Source: Cenococcum geophilum (Eukaryota). From it: DNA of 64,000 bases. The stretch spans positions 1,240,001 to 1,304,000 of the forward strand of contig CP158635.1 in assembly GCA_050273025.1 (NCBI GenBank), read 5' to 3'. Positions within the stretch are counted from its first letter, which is position 1; each line of letters opens with the position of its first letter. Under the pieces are notes generated by a model, which searched no databases, was not told the DNA's origin, and saw nothing but the letters and a program-made list of their open reading frames with translations. Of this stretch, positions 1-12,057 are shown in pieces. The position numbers were made by a program, and so were the translations under genes.

Positions 1-71
1 CTGTTTTTAGATACCTATTAATTTATATAAAGAGTCTACTTATAATATTTCTAAAGGCTTAAATCTGGCTA

Positions 72-1644
72 CGAAGGCGGCGGCAAAAAGTATTCGGACA
101 CCGATACTTAGCGAGAAAACCCTACAAAATTTTAACTTTTTTTCGCGCCTATACTATAAAAACCCACTCTACTTCTCCACTTAGTTAATACCTAATAGAA
201 TAGGTCCTTATACTTCTAATGTTAGAAAAGCTCAATATTTGACGTATTGTGAGTGTGGAAAGTCTGGAAGAGAGGCAGCAAAGCTCTGTAACCTTGCAAA
301 ATCAACAGCTGCCGATATATGGAAACGATCTCTTAAAGTTAAAGAAGAGCGCCTTACTGCTAGCCTCCCACCTCCTAAAATTAAAGATCTAGTTTCTGTA
401 AAGAAGAAGAGCGGAAGACCTTTAGTTTTATTAGTTAACGACGTTATAGAGATCTTTAAGGCTTGCATACTTAATAAGGAGAATTATAAGAAACAGCAAT
501 ACCACGTTGCCGTAGAGGAAGGCTTTAAAGCTTATAGAAGAACGATTAAGACCTAACTTCGAGCACGAAACCTACACCAATTAAAACCTATGAAGAAGCT
601 TGCTTTAACGGATATACAGAAGGTATAGAGATACGAGATTGCGCTCTTAAGGAAGAATTAGGGATATAAAGAGTAATTAAAGGTAATCTTTTCTGATGAG
701 GCTGCTATCCTTATTGGAGAGCACCGTGGCCTATAAAACTACTCTTATATACTAGAAGAACGCTTTTATAAAGATGTTATTAAACGTAGGTATAATAACT
801 ACTCAGAGGCTATATTTTGAGGGTGCTTTTTATATAATTATAAAGGGCCCTACCACGTGTATTACAAGAAAACACTAGCGCAGAAGATCTACTATAAGGA
901 GCTTATTTAGACTCTTAATGATAAAGAAATCGAGGTTAAAGTATATATACAATTTGATAAGGAACAAGCCGAACTACGAGTACAATGGGATGTAAAAGGA
1001 AAGAAGAAACTAGGCAAATAGGCCCTTTGGGAGATGTACTGGAAGAACCATAAATAAAAGAGAAATGGGAAGTATAAAGGAGGAATTGATAATATCAGAT
1101 ATACCTACAAATGCCTTATTCCACTCCTTATTCCTTTTTATTACGAAATTAATCTCTAGATTTACGACCCAGACGAATTTGAGTGCGATATTTAACGATT
1201 CCAATTCTAGCAAGATGGCGCCCCATCCTATGCCTCTTAATAGACGACTCGAATTCTTATTAAAGAAGGTATTTAGACACTTAAGTATATTGGAAATAGC
1301 CCTAATATAAGCGCTATTAAAAGCGTATAGATGCTAATAAGGATTATAATTACAAAAGATTGGAATAGGCCTTATACAATAAAATGGAGTGATAGAGCAT
1401 AGCGGGGTAAGTAGGAGAATCTTTACTAAGATTAAATACGTGCTTGGATTTGTAGAATGGCAGCTATAAATTAGTTAGTAATTAAACACAAAGGTGAAAA
1501 TAAATTTTATGGCTAGAACTCTTATTTATATTATAATTACACTAGAGTTAGAGTTAATTTGATGCTAGAATTAATGATTTCTTAGTGGGGTTGTATTTTT
1601 TAGCTAAAGTATCGGTGTCCGAATACTTTTTGCCGCCGCCTTCG
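72..1644 (+). mobile_element. Tc1/mariner DNA transposon #1 (DD34E)
   Basis: ~37-41 bp TIRs (cgaaggcggcggcaaaaagtattcggacaccgatact and its reverse complement ending at 1644); TA TSD at 70-71 and 1645-1646. Confidence 0.95.
200..1516 (+). pseudogene. Tc1-like transposase, RIP-inactivated
   Basis: One frame that includes track ORF 239-556. VIFSDE at 683, QDGAP at 1211 and NSP(D)MSAI(E) at 1295-1321. There are 34 codons between the second D and the E position. Confidence 0.9.
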
Positions 1645-1746
1645 TAAGCTTTTATACTATACCTTTCTACTTATCTAAGATAAGGTACTAATGTAGTAGT
1701 ACTACTACTACTTTAAAGCCGTATACTATATGCTTACGGACGTCCA

Positions 1747-2051
1747 TATAAGGGCGCGAAGAGACTTTAAGGAAGATTTAAAGGAATAATATAAATTCTA
1801 TCTAAATCTAAGGGTATATAGCTCTCGCTAAGAACAAGACATTACGTAAAAAAGAGAAAGGAATAACGAGAGAATTATATAATTAAATAGCTAGGGGCTT
1901 AGTGGTCAATGCGTACATATATATACACACGGTCTTTAACGGACTTTAGTAAAATTTAATTAATCTAGCCGAATTTAGTTAAAGCGTTAGAATTTATCTA
2001 TTAAGTGTTTTACTAAGACATTCCTACTATAACTGGGCTAATCCCGTTATA
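1747..2051 (-). repeat. Gypsy-1 3' LTR
   Basis: Direct repeat of 24753-25057 with RIP-mutated TG..CA ends. Confidence 0.93.
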
Positions 2052-2138
2052 GTACCCCCCCTTTTAGCCAAAGGTCCAAATAATTTAATTTTAGTTAAGG
2101 CTTATAACTTATCGCGTGTTATATTTTTACGTTAGGTA

Positions 2139-2321
2139 GCGGTATAGAGTTTTACCAATTCTATCGTTAAATAGGCCAATTAGGATTTTCTATCCCTTAG
2201 ATAGAAAATCGCTATTAGCTTAGTTAAGGCGGTAAGCAGAACTATCTTTATAGTAGGTCTTAGTAAGGCAAATCTAACTAATTAAATAACTTTAACTGGT
2301 GGTTAAAGTTCTTTAACATCT
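2139..2321. promoter_or_regulatory. Shared palindromic CCAAT module, copy A (Gypsy-1 3' UTR); function inferred
   Basis: ccaattaggattttctatcccttagatagaaaatcgctattag at 2176-2218 plus aatctaactaattaaataactttaactggtggttaaagtt at 2271-2310; homologous to 11922-12057, 14193-14357 and 37499-37572. Confidence 0.55.
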
Positions 2322-2411
2322 TATATATTACGTAATTATATTATAAACATTATAACATATTTTAAGTTCTTTTTAGTTTTAAGCTTTTTACTATTATATT
2401 TTATATATTCG

Positions 2412-3433
2412 TGTTAGGGGCCGTCGAAAACGGACTCTGCACCTGTACGTGGTGACGGCTACGAACCTGGGTCTTAAAGTTCAGACCCAGAGCCAACGCA
2501 GAGACGTCGCATAGCGTGCGGACAGGACCTGGTGGTGGTTGTGGGCGTTAAGGGCGGTAGTGAAAAATTTTCGGATAGTGAGATCTTGAAAACCACTACT
2601 GTTGGCCCTTTACAATACGACGACTACCACTATTCTCCTATCTGGGGCACCTATACGATCCAACGTGGATATGTGGTACTTAATAAACATCCCCAAACCT
2701 TAACTAAAAGCATTAACGACCTTATATCAATAAACGAACGCGCGCACGAACGAATGAACAAACAAGCAAATATACGGCCCCTCCTAACCCCCAGGGCGAT
2801 CGCCCGCGGAGCATGCGGTCACTCGCCGTCTTACTACCAAATACTACCTAGCAGCCTGGATTGCGACCCACGGTTTTCCCCATTGTCTTCTTTCAACGGA
2901 GTGGTGACCCTTAGGAAGGGCCTAGCTGGGGCCTAGGCACAAAAGATACCCAAATACAACATATCCCGCTCGCTTATTAGTATTACGGTAGTTAGAACGG
3001 ATGAATCCCCCTTACGCCTTCGGTGGCTCTAGGGGGGGGGAGGCAAGGCGTATATAGCAACGCAATGGTTATAGGAGATAGCATACAGGGGGTGGTCAAG
3101 ATATGGGAAACGACTGTACGGCAATTAATTAGCAAGGCCTAGCTAGGACGTAGTAAACCCTAGCTTTGGATAAGCTAGAGAAGGAAGCAGTAGTTCCTAA
3201 GGAGTTCGAACATCCAAGGAGGACAGGACGTAGCCGTAGGCCCGCAGGGCCGCCGCTACGGACGGACATGGCAAATTAGGGTTTTTCATCCTACTGAGGT
3301 GGCTCATAGGGTTTTTCCTCCCCCCCAGCAGCAAGGGTTTTTTCCCGTCAATATTACTTTTCCCTTATATACGGAGTAGTCTGCGTGGGGCTAGATAGCA
3401 TCCATATCAGACGTTAATCAAAGAAGAATTATA
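2412..3433. mobile_element. ~1-kb GC-richer insertion in the Gypsy-1 3' UTR, probable solo LTR
   Basis: Sharp composition change. Starts tgttag and ends ..aattata (possibly RIPed ..ttaca). Flanked by (tata)ttcg on both sides, so the TSD length (4-8 bp) is ambiguous. Confidence 0.55.
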
Positions 3434-3941
3434 TTCGTATTAAGTAATAGTTATTTACCTTTATATTATATTTATCTAGCTAAAGTAGGCCGCAAAGAAT
3501 AGTCCTTATAGAATTCCCTTACTAGGGAAGGCGCGTTAGTTTTAATCTAGTTATAGGTTTCCTAAGTTTATATTTTATATCCTTCCCACTTAATAACGAG
3601 TTTAAATTATTTAAATTATATTTTCTATTGTATATTATTAATTAAGTTAATAAAGTAAAAACCGTTACTATTATTAATAATTATAAGAGGTAGTGGCGGC
3701 ACTTTATAAGTTATAAGTTTACCCTTTAAAGGTTATAGTAAGCTTATGTAAAACGTTAGATATATTTTTATTTTAATTAGCAGTTTAAGCTTATAAGCGT
3801 ATAGGTTTAGTCTTTTTTAATTTAGTATAGGCCTATAAACTTCTAATTAAGTTTCTTTAAGGGTTATTAAGTCTTTAGGTTTTATATATTTAGGTAAACT
3901 ATATTACCTTCCTTAAAGTCCTATATAGGGGCTCGTTCTTT

Positions 3942-5070
3942 TTTTTTATTTTTTATTTTTTATATCCGTTGTATTATACTATGTACAATACTGCGCATGC
4001 AGCCTCTAGGCTATGGCGCTATAGTTCTATATACATGAATCCTTTCTAGGCAGCTTAACATATACTAGTAGCTATGTCCTAGTAGTTTATAAATCCCTAG
4101 GCTAGGGATTTACAGCTTCCTAGTAAGATACTAGGTTGCTAACAACTATTAGGTAGTGAGAAAACGATAGGAAAATAGTAGAAAAAATTGAAATAAAATT
4201 ATAAATAATCCTAACGCCTGTCCCTGTCCTTTTTATAGTTCATTTCTGTCCTTTTGCTTTCTATGGTCTATCTACTAGGACTTTTAGTAGGAGTTGCCTC
4301 CTTCTAGAGATCCTTCTGCTCTTAGCCACTTCCCAGTAGCTATTTTTGTCCTACTTAAGAATAGAAAAAGCGCCCTTCTTCCTTTCTTTGTACAAAAAAG
4401 CTTCTCTAAGGAGAGAGAAGAGCCTATTTGTCTTTGCATTTCCTTTCTATCTTCCTAATGTAGTCTGCATTCTAGTAAGAGGTGCGTAGGGGTTTGTACC
4501 GCGGTACAGTCCTTAAAGCATCTACCTTCTTTATCCTTCCCTATTGTTTTAGAGAAGGATTTAAAGAAGCCTTTTCCTAGTTTTAGTTGAAGGAAAGCTG
4601 ATTGTAGCTTTTTAGGATATTTATCCTTAGTAGCTTTAAAAGAAAAAGGGTAGTTTCCCTTACAGATTCTAGTATAGTGTTTTCCTTTGCTTTTATTCTG
4701 TTGCCAATTGTTTTTCCACTATTCTAGTATCTTTTCTCTTGCTTATTTCCCTAGGTGGGCTAGGGAAGAATAAGAAGATTGTATTTTTCTTCTAGAGAGG
4801 CCCTTTTTAGCTAGTTTATCTGCTATTTCATTTCTATAAATTCCTAGGTGGCTAGGGACCTAATAGAAGTTAATAGAGATATTCCTGCTAGCTAGATAGG
4901 AACAGCTTTGCGTAATTTTAAAGACTAGTTCTTGCCCTCCTGTAAGAGAATTAAGCTGTAATCTCTTAATAGCCGCTTGGCTATCTATAAAGATATAAAC
5001 CTGTTTCTCTTCTAGTCTTTGTTATTTTAGGTGTTCTAAGGCCCTATAGACTGCATAAAGCTCTGCGTCC
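3942..5070 (-). mobile_element. 5'-truncated LINE (Tad1-like) copy 1: RNase H domain, 3' UTR and A-rich tail
   Basis: T-rich tail at 3942-3961; TSD ata(g/a)gggctcgttcttt at 3925-3941 and 5071-5087; MDAELYAV, (W)VPSH and ADKLAK RNase H motifs; homologous to 21202-23550 and 62476-62882. Confidence 0.9.
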
Positions 5071-6899
5071 ATAAGGGCTCGTTCTTTATTTATATACTAT
5101 TCCTATACCGTTTAAGCATATACTAATTTACTTTATAATAGTTCCGTTAACTGCTTTATTTAATTAGTAAAGTTATATATATTAATTAGTTAAATCCTCT
5201 TAATTATAGGTCCTATTATATTAATTTTGGGTTATAGTTTAAATCTAAGTTAAGGGTCTTATCCGTAGGTTATATAGAATAGCGTTACGCTTATTAATTT
5301 GTTTCTTATATTATTTATAATAAACTTAGCTAAAGGTAGCCACTTTTCCTAGTTATCTTATAGGTAAGAGTAGTATATTTATAAGTATTATTCTATAATT
5401 GCGTTCGCAATTTTAGTTTAACTATCTATCTTTAGATAAAATATAGTTAAGAGTTATATTTATATACTTAATTATTTATATAGGGCTTATTAAAAGTCTA
5501 AAATAAACTAGCTTTTATAGTTAGATATTATTAAATTAGGAAGTCTATATAGCTTAAAGACGTACTTAATAAAATATTCGGCGACTAATATTGCATTAAT
5601 TAAGTCTAAAGGAATTATATATTGTATTTTTATAAAATAGTTAACAATTACTATAATATTTATAAACCTATTACTATTAGGTAGGTTAACTATAAAGTTA
5701 ATTAAAATATCTCGCTATCTTTATATTAGAATTGGTAACGGTTAAAGTACTCCTTACTTCTTTATATAAGAGGTCTTCCTATATACGCATATTTTATATA
5801 TTTAAACGCATTTTTATATATAGTTGTGTATTATAAGCTAATAATATACTTATTAAATAATTTTATAGGTCTTTATATAGCTAGGGTGCCCTACTATAGG
5901 GGAATTATATATAAATTTAAGTATCTTAAATTATAAGGGTTTAGAATTCGGGCCTACTATTTTTTATTAATAGTATAACCAATTATTACAGATTTTGTAT
6001 TTAGTAAGTATAATATTCTTATATTACCATTTCCCTATTTAAATTACTTTTATTATATCTACTATCTAAAGGTTATTCTTATATTTATGCTTTATTAATT
6101 TATTAATTTATTCCTATTAAGCTCCGCGTTTAAAAATATAGGGTGTAGTTTCTTAAAGCGTTTAGGTTGTAGTAGAATTTATAATTAATTTATAATCTGT
6201 TTATTAGAGGCGTTAATAGGTAAGTTTTATAATTATTATATTAATAAGTTAGGCTTCTAATTAAGTTTACTAGGTTAGTATATAATCTTAAAGTTAAATT
6301 ATAAGAGGTATTCGGCCTAATAAATTTAGCATTATATTTGTCGGGAATGAGGCAAGCGGTTATTACGTAACGCCGCGGCACTAGCGTGGCGAGGAGTCTT
6401 AAGCTCCTCGCCCTCCCTTATTCTAATAAAAGAAGCTTTATTAACTAATATTACTATAACCTACTTAAGTAGTTGTTATTGGTAAGTCACCCTATATAAC
6501 TAATACTAATTAGTAGTTAAATATATAGTTAACTATAGAGCAGCTAGGTTTTTAAATAGAAGAGATAGTCTTATATAAAGGTGCTATATGCGCTTATATA
6601 GAATAGATCCCGGCGATACTGTGCTACCTTAAACTTGCGGAAAACTAGTAATAGAAGTGTTACTAAGTACTAGGAGATACTAAGTTGCGTTTATTATATA
6701 GAACAACTACGTTTATAAAGATTTGGTTAAGTACTTTAGGTTAAAAGTGTTACTAAACCTATAGTCCTAAGTTAACGTCCGAAACGCGTTAAACGACGTC
6801 TAAAACGCGTTAAACAATATCTTAAATTGCCTACCTCTTAACAGTAAACCTACGAGATCCTATAAAACCGAAAATCCTACCTACCTTTAATATATAACA

Positions 6900-9800
6900 C
6901 CCCGTTAATTCTATACCTACTATAGCGTTAACCTATTTAAAGAAGTATAAGAAGGATATTAACCCGGAAATATGGAATACTAATATAATTAACTTTGTAA
7001 ACGCTAAGCAATAGGACCTAAATGGATTCTTATTATACCGTATAGTATACTATAAAGATAGCGAATATAATAATACTATGCTATGGTATTATATAAAGGA
7101 GGACTTTATTAAATAGATAAAGGAAATATAAACTCCTATAAAGAAGGATATTATATAAGACTTCCGTAACTTCTTACGGGAGTATAGAGTGTTTATACTA
7201 ATAGATGGGGGTATTATTAGAGATAATATTTGGGAGCAAGTTATTAACGTAAAAGAAAAGCACGAATAGACTCTATAAGAGATTAAGCACTAACTACGCA
7301 CTATAAGGAAGCTTAACTTATAATAGAACCTAAGTAATATACCTCTAAAGACAAACCTACCTCCACCTTTAACTCCTCTATATCTAATTTAACCCATAAC
7401 CTTAATATTAAATACTATACCCTAACAAGAGCAGATATAGGATCCTATTGCTTCGCGATTTAATAACCCTTAGACTCTACTGACTAGACCTACGTCCCCA
7501 CTACAGCCTATAATGCAACTCCTACCTCCTCTATCTTAATCTTAAATTAGAGGTAGTTTAAAATTGCTTATAGAGCTTACGAAGCTCTACTTAAATTAGG
7601 AGAAGAAGTTTAGCGGGGAATTATATAATATTCTTAATTCAAAACTACGTATCTTTTATAACTATTGCTAGAAGGTAGAAATAGAGTCTAATTAATACTA
7701 CAACGCCTATTCCGTTATGCTTAAGGGCCAAGCTAGTACCTTCTATTATAATTATTTAGCAGGAAAAGGATATAATTTTAACTGTATAATATATAAGTTA
7801 AGATACTATTTTAAAATAGAAGAGAATAAGTAGCAGTATTTATTAGAATGGAGAGAGACTACCTTTTTAAGGATTATTGCTATAAACCTAGGTGTCCCCC
7901 GGCTTAATTATCTTTAAAAGCTCTTTAATTAACTTTAAATAATTTAGCGTGGTTTATCCGAATTATATTAAAAGGATTTTAGCCTATATAATTAAGTTAT
8001 TAGCGTATACTAAGGCGTTAAAGAATACAACCTTATACTTTTTAATCCTATAAATACTTATAAAGGAGTATATGCTTAATTAAGATCTTCTATTAGCACC
8101 GCTCTACGCTCTTAAGAAGTATAGTAATTTAACACCTAACTCTAACCTACTTTAATTAACCTGCCTAACTAATATAATTATAACTAGACTAATTAAATAT
8201 ATAGTGGCCGGGGTAGATAATATAGTAAAGGGTATAATTAATAACTATAAGGTAAAGGTGGAGGCCCTTATAGAGGTTTATTTTAAAGTAATCGCTAGAA
8301 AAAGTGCTATGTTTGTAAGAAACCGAATTGCTAATTAACTAGGTATTCTCTTAATAAGTAAAAGGAGGTATATAATAAGTTTTGCCAAAGTATAAGAAAT
8401 GTTAGAAATTATAAGGTTACTATAGCCTACTTCTAAAGCTTCCTGGTTTAATATAAAGGCGTAGAAGATCTTAAGAGTAAGGTTAATAAGGCCGAACAGC
8501 TCCTTATAGATATAGAAATTAAGGACTACTTACCTAACCAATACTTTACTAAGTATAGTGAGGTAGATAGTAAATAAACTATTACTATTCTTAATAACCA
8601 ATCTACGCTCTACTCTATTACGAAGTTAGATATCTTTAATAAGCTATAGAAGAGTTTTACATTCTCCTTTAATAATAGATACTTAGCAAACATCTTCTAT
8701 AGTATTATACCAGACACTAGAGCCGCAGGAGTATCTATAGTAAGAGAACCTTAAGTTTAAGCCCTTTAGTAGCTTAATAGCTCTATTTAGATTAACTATT
8801 TAACGGCAGGCTAATATATAATTTGTTTTAGTATGGGTACTGCAATCTCTTTTAGCACAATTAGGGTCCAAACCCCCTTAGGGTGCATTACTTTCTACAT
8901 TATTCTTATAAATACCCCGTTTCTATTTTACATTAAAGATATAAATAAATTAGGCGTTAAGCTTAATAACCTTAAAAATATACTTATTTAGGGAGATAAT
9001 TGGGTGCCTATTATACGCAAGTAGGGTTACCCCTAGTTGCTCCTTTATTAACTAGAAAAGAGTATTACTTAGAGCTATTTAACTAAGTTAGAGTTACGTT
9101 AACTATACCGTTGTTTTAGCCACCCCTCTATTTACTAATTACTTAAGGTTCTTTAGTAAGTAGGCTATAAAGTTAAGGTTAAGGCAATTAAGCACCTTAT
9201 AAAGTACTACTATTACTATTAAATAAACTAGAAGTCCCCTAGCCGATTTAAGTTTACCCTTAAAGATAACTACAACTTTAACTTCTATATTATTATTGAC
9301 GTTATATACCTTAGCGGCAAGCTAGTACTCTAAGTTATTAACTTCTTAACCTCCTTTTAAGCCGCACGTTTTTTAAAGGATATATTAGCTAAAAACGTAT
9401 AGGATACCCTATAATTATGCTAGATTAATATCTACCTAGAACTCCCTAATTAAATCGTTTATAATATAGGAAAGAATATCTTATCTATAGAGTTTTAATA
9501 ATAGATAAAGGTAATGGCAATTAAGGTTAAGGAAGTCCCTATTAAAGTATATAATAGTATTAAAAAAGTGGAGCGATATTACGCGCCATTACGCCGCATA
9601 TATAAGATTATCTCTTTAGAACTAAAGGATACTAGCAAAAAACTTACCTTATAAATAGCTATTAAAGCCATTAACGATTCCGCTGGCCTAAATAGACTTA
9701 TACCTATATTACTAGTCTTTAGCGCCTACCCTTAAATAACTAATAATTCTCTACTATCCCCCTCTATTATATAATAAGCTAAGGCTATTTATAAGGTAAT

Positions 9801-11895
9801 AAAGGAGGTATAATATCTCTACGCTATACGCTAGGTTAATAACGCACTAGGAATAAGAAATGGTCTAAATACCTTAACTACGCTTAATCTACCACTCTAG
9901 TCTAAGGTACGCATATGGCGTAAAAAGGGAGGATAGTTAGGCCTATATTAACTTATTATAATTAATAGTTAGACTTATATTATTTAGATACCTTATAGAC
10001 CTACTTAATTCCGTTTAACTATTATTAAGCCTTACTATAAAGATAACAGTTCTAAGCCTTTATAGGATGCTATAGGAGATGCCCTAAAGGAGAGCTATAA
10101 TTAACGTACTCTAAAAGGCAACCATAATTCTAATACAATTGTAGTAGATACGCCGTAACTATAACGCGGTAGAGGTCGCCTAAAAGGATTATAAAATCGC
10201 TAATACCTTATTAATTTTAAAGAGTAATTTATTGCCGCTATTAAGAATAGAGTTAAGTTATTAATGGCCTTTATAACAGCTAAGGAGAAGGCTAACTTTA
10301 AGCTCGCAAAATAGCTTTAAAAGGAAGGTTATATTATAACTCTAGGAGCTCCTTTCCAAGCATCCGATAAGCAAAAGATTAATAGTCTTATTACGAGAGG
10401 AGTCTTTAAATTTAAGAAGTATAACCCTACTAAATTTAGTAAAGTTCGTATCTTTAAGTTAAAAATAGTTAACGAGATTAAGGGCAAAGCTACTAACGCC
10501 CTATTTAAGAAATTAAGGCTTATTATCTAAGGTTATAATAATAATAGTAAGGAGGTAATTTTTACGCAATCTCCTATAATTTAACGAGCTAGTTAGCGAG
10601 TTATTGTTATACTAGCTCCCTCCTTAATAAAGAATAAAATGGCGGTCTATTTATGAGATATTACTTAGGCCTATACCTAATTAGAGACGCACCTTTAGCG
10701 CTTAATATTAGCATACCTTTTAAAGTAAATTCGCTACTAATATCCCGAAGATATAATTATGGTTATGCTTAAGCCATTATATAGAATTGCAGAGGTAGGA
10801 ATTTACTAGTAGGCTACCTACAGTAAGCACTATAAAGAGAAGCTTTTAATAACTACTTCTATATTTAATCCCTGCTTCCTTATTATAACTATAGGAACTC
10901 TATTTAGAATTATTGGCATATAAACTAATAATATAATTATCTTAGGAGACAACTAGTTCTTAGCTCTTAAAGAAGACGAGCTAGTAGAGGTAAATCTTAT
11001 AGCAAAGCTAAAGGAAAAGCTTAATTTAATAATACTATTACTTTTTAATAGATGCATCCTCTCCCTAAATAAGGATTTTATTGCTTTACGCCAGAAGGGT
11101 TAAGGTAAGAAGATTAATGTTATTAACGTTAACTCTCCAAAATAAGAATATATGGAGTAACGCGCTTATAGAGCTTATATTACTTCTATTTATTAACCTA
11201 AGGCTTTATTTAATCTCTCTATTGCCGCCTAATACTAGGAACTAACTAAGGATAACGTTCTTGCCCTAAATAAATATCTTTTTTAGTAAATAAACCATCT
11301 TAATTAGGGACTACTTTATATGCCTATTAATCTTCCTACCGCTAAGCTCTTTATATTTATTAATAGACTGTTTATAAATAATAAAGATTTTAGCTCCTAG
11401 CTAGAATATAAGATTATTATCGCAAACGAATTTACTGGAGAGAATAGCTTTATAATCTACGGTAATCTTATCTATTAGAGCTTAATTAAGAGTAAACGCG
11501 TTACTTAAAGCGCTCTAGCGTTAGAGATATATAAAATAGTTAGCGGAGTTAATATGGTAATTATAATTGGAACTACCTTAAAGATAATTATAGATTAACT
11601 TAAACTTCCTATTATCCCTATAATTATATACACCGACTTATATTCCCTCTATAAGTATTTAGTTAAGCTTGGTACTATAAAGGAGAAGCGCCTTATAATT
11701 GATATTATAGTACTTTAGTAATCCTACGAGCGTTAAGAACTCTTTAAGATTTAATAAATTAATAGCTAAGATAATATAGTAGATGTAATAACGAAGGTAA
11801 ACCTAAATAAGGCACTAGAGACGTTTGTTAATATAAATACTTTACGTATACGAGTTAAAGGTTAGGTTAAAAGGGAGTCCCTAGAAATTTCTTAG
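6900..11895 (+). pseudogene. Copia-1 gag-pol polyprotein, RIP-inactivated
   Basis: KCYVCKKPNC knuckle (~8300), PDT(G)AA protease (~8710), integrase VERYYAPLRR, RT TQSP.I.R, DIT(Q)AY and LKPLY, RNase H TD.YSLY. Confidence 0.88.
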
Positions 11896-11921
11896 TTACG
11901 TAAGGTCTTAAGATATCTAGG

Positions 11922-12057
11922 AACTTTAACCGCCGGTTAAAGTTGTCTAATTGGCCAGATTCTATAGACCCTAACTTAACCTAGCTAATTAGGATTTTCT
12001 ATCCCCGGGATAGAAAATCGCTATTAGCTTGCTTATAACTAGCGCCTTAGCGGCCCT
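11922..12057. promoter_or_regulatory. Shared palindromic CCAAT module, copy B (Copia-1 3' UTR); function inferred
   Basis: aactttaaccgccggttaaagttgtctaattggccagatt (11922-11961); ctaattaggattttctatccccgggatagaaaatcgctattag (11985-12027); ctagcgccttagcggccct. Confidence 0.55.

Noticed and set aside
72..1644. Bacterial IS630 element or an alternative genetic code to explain the many stops
   Set aside because: The stops and substitutions are consistently C>T/G>A derivatives across all elements, which is RIP in a fungal genome.
2532..2936. 134-aa ORF as a real gene
   Set aside because: It has no ATG start and no recognisable domain, and lies within a probable solo LTR.
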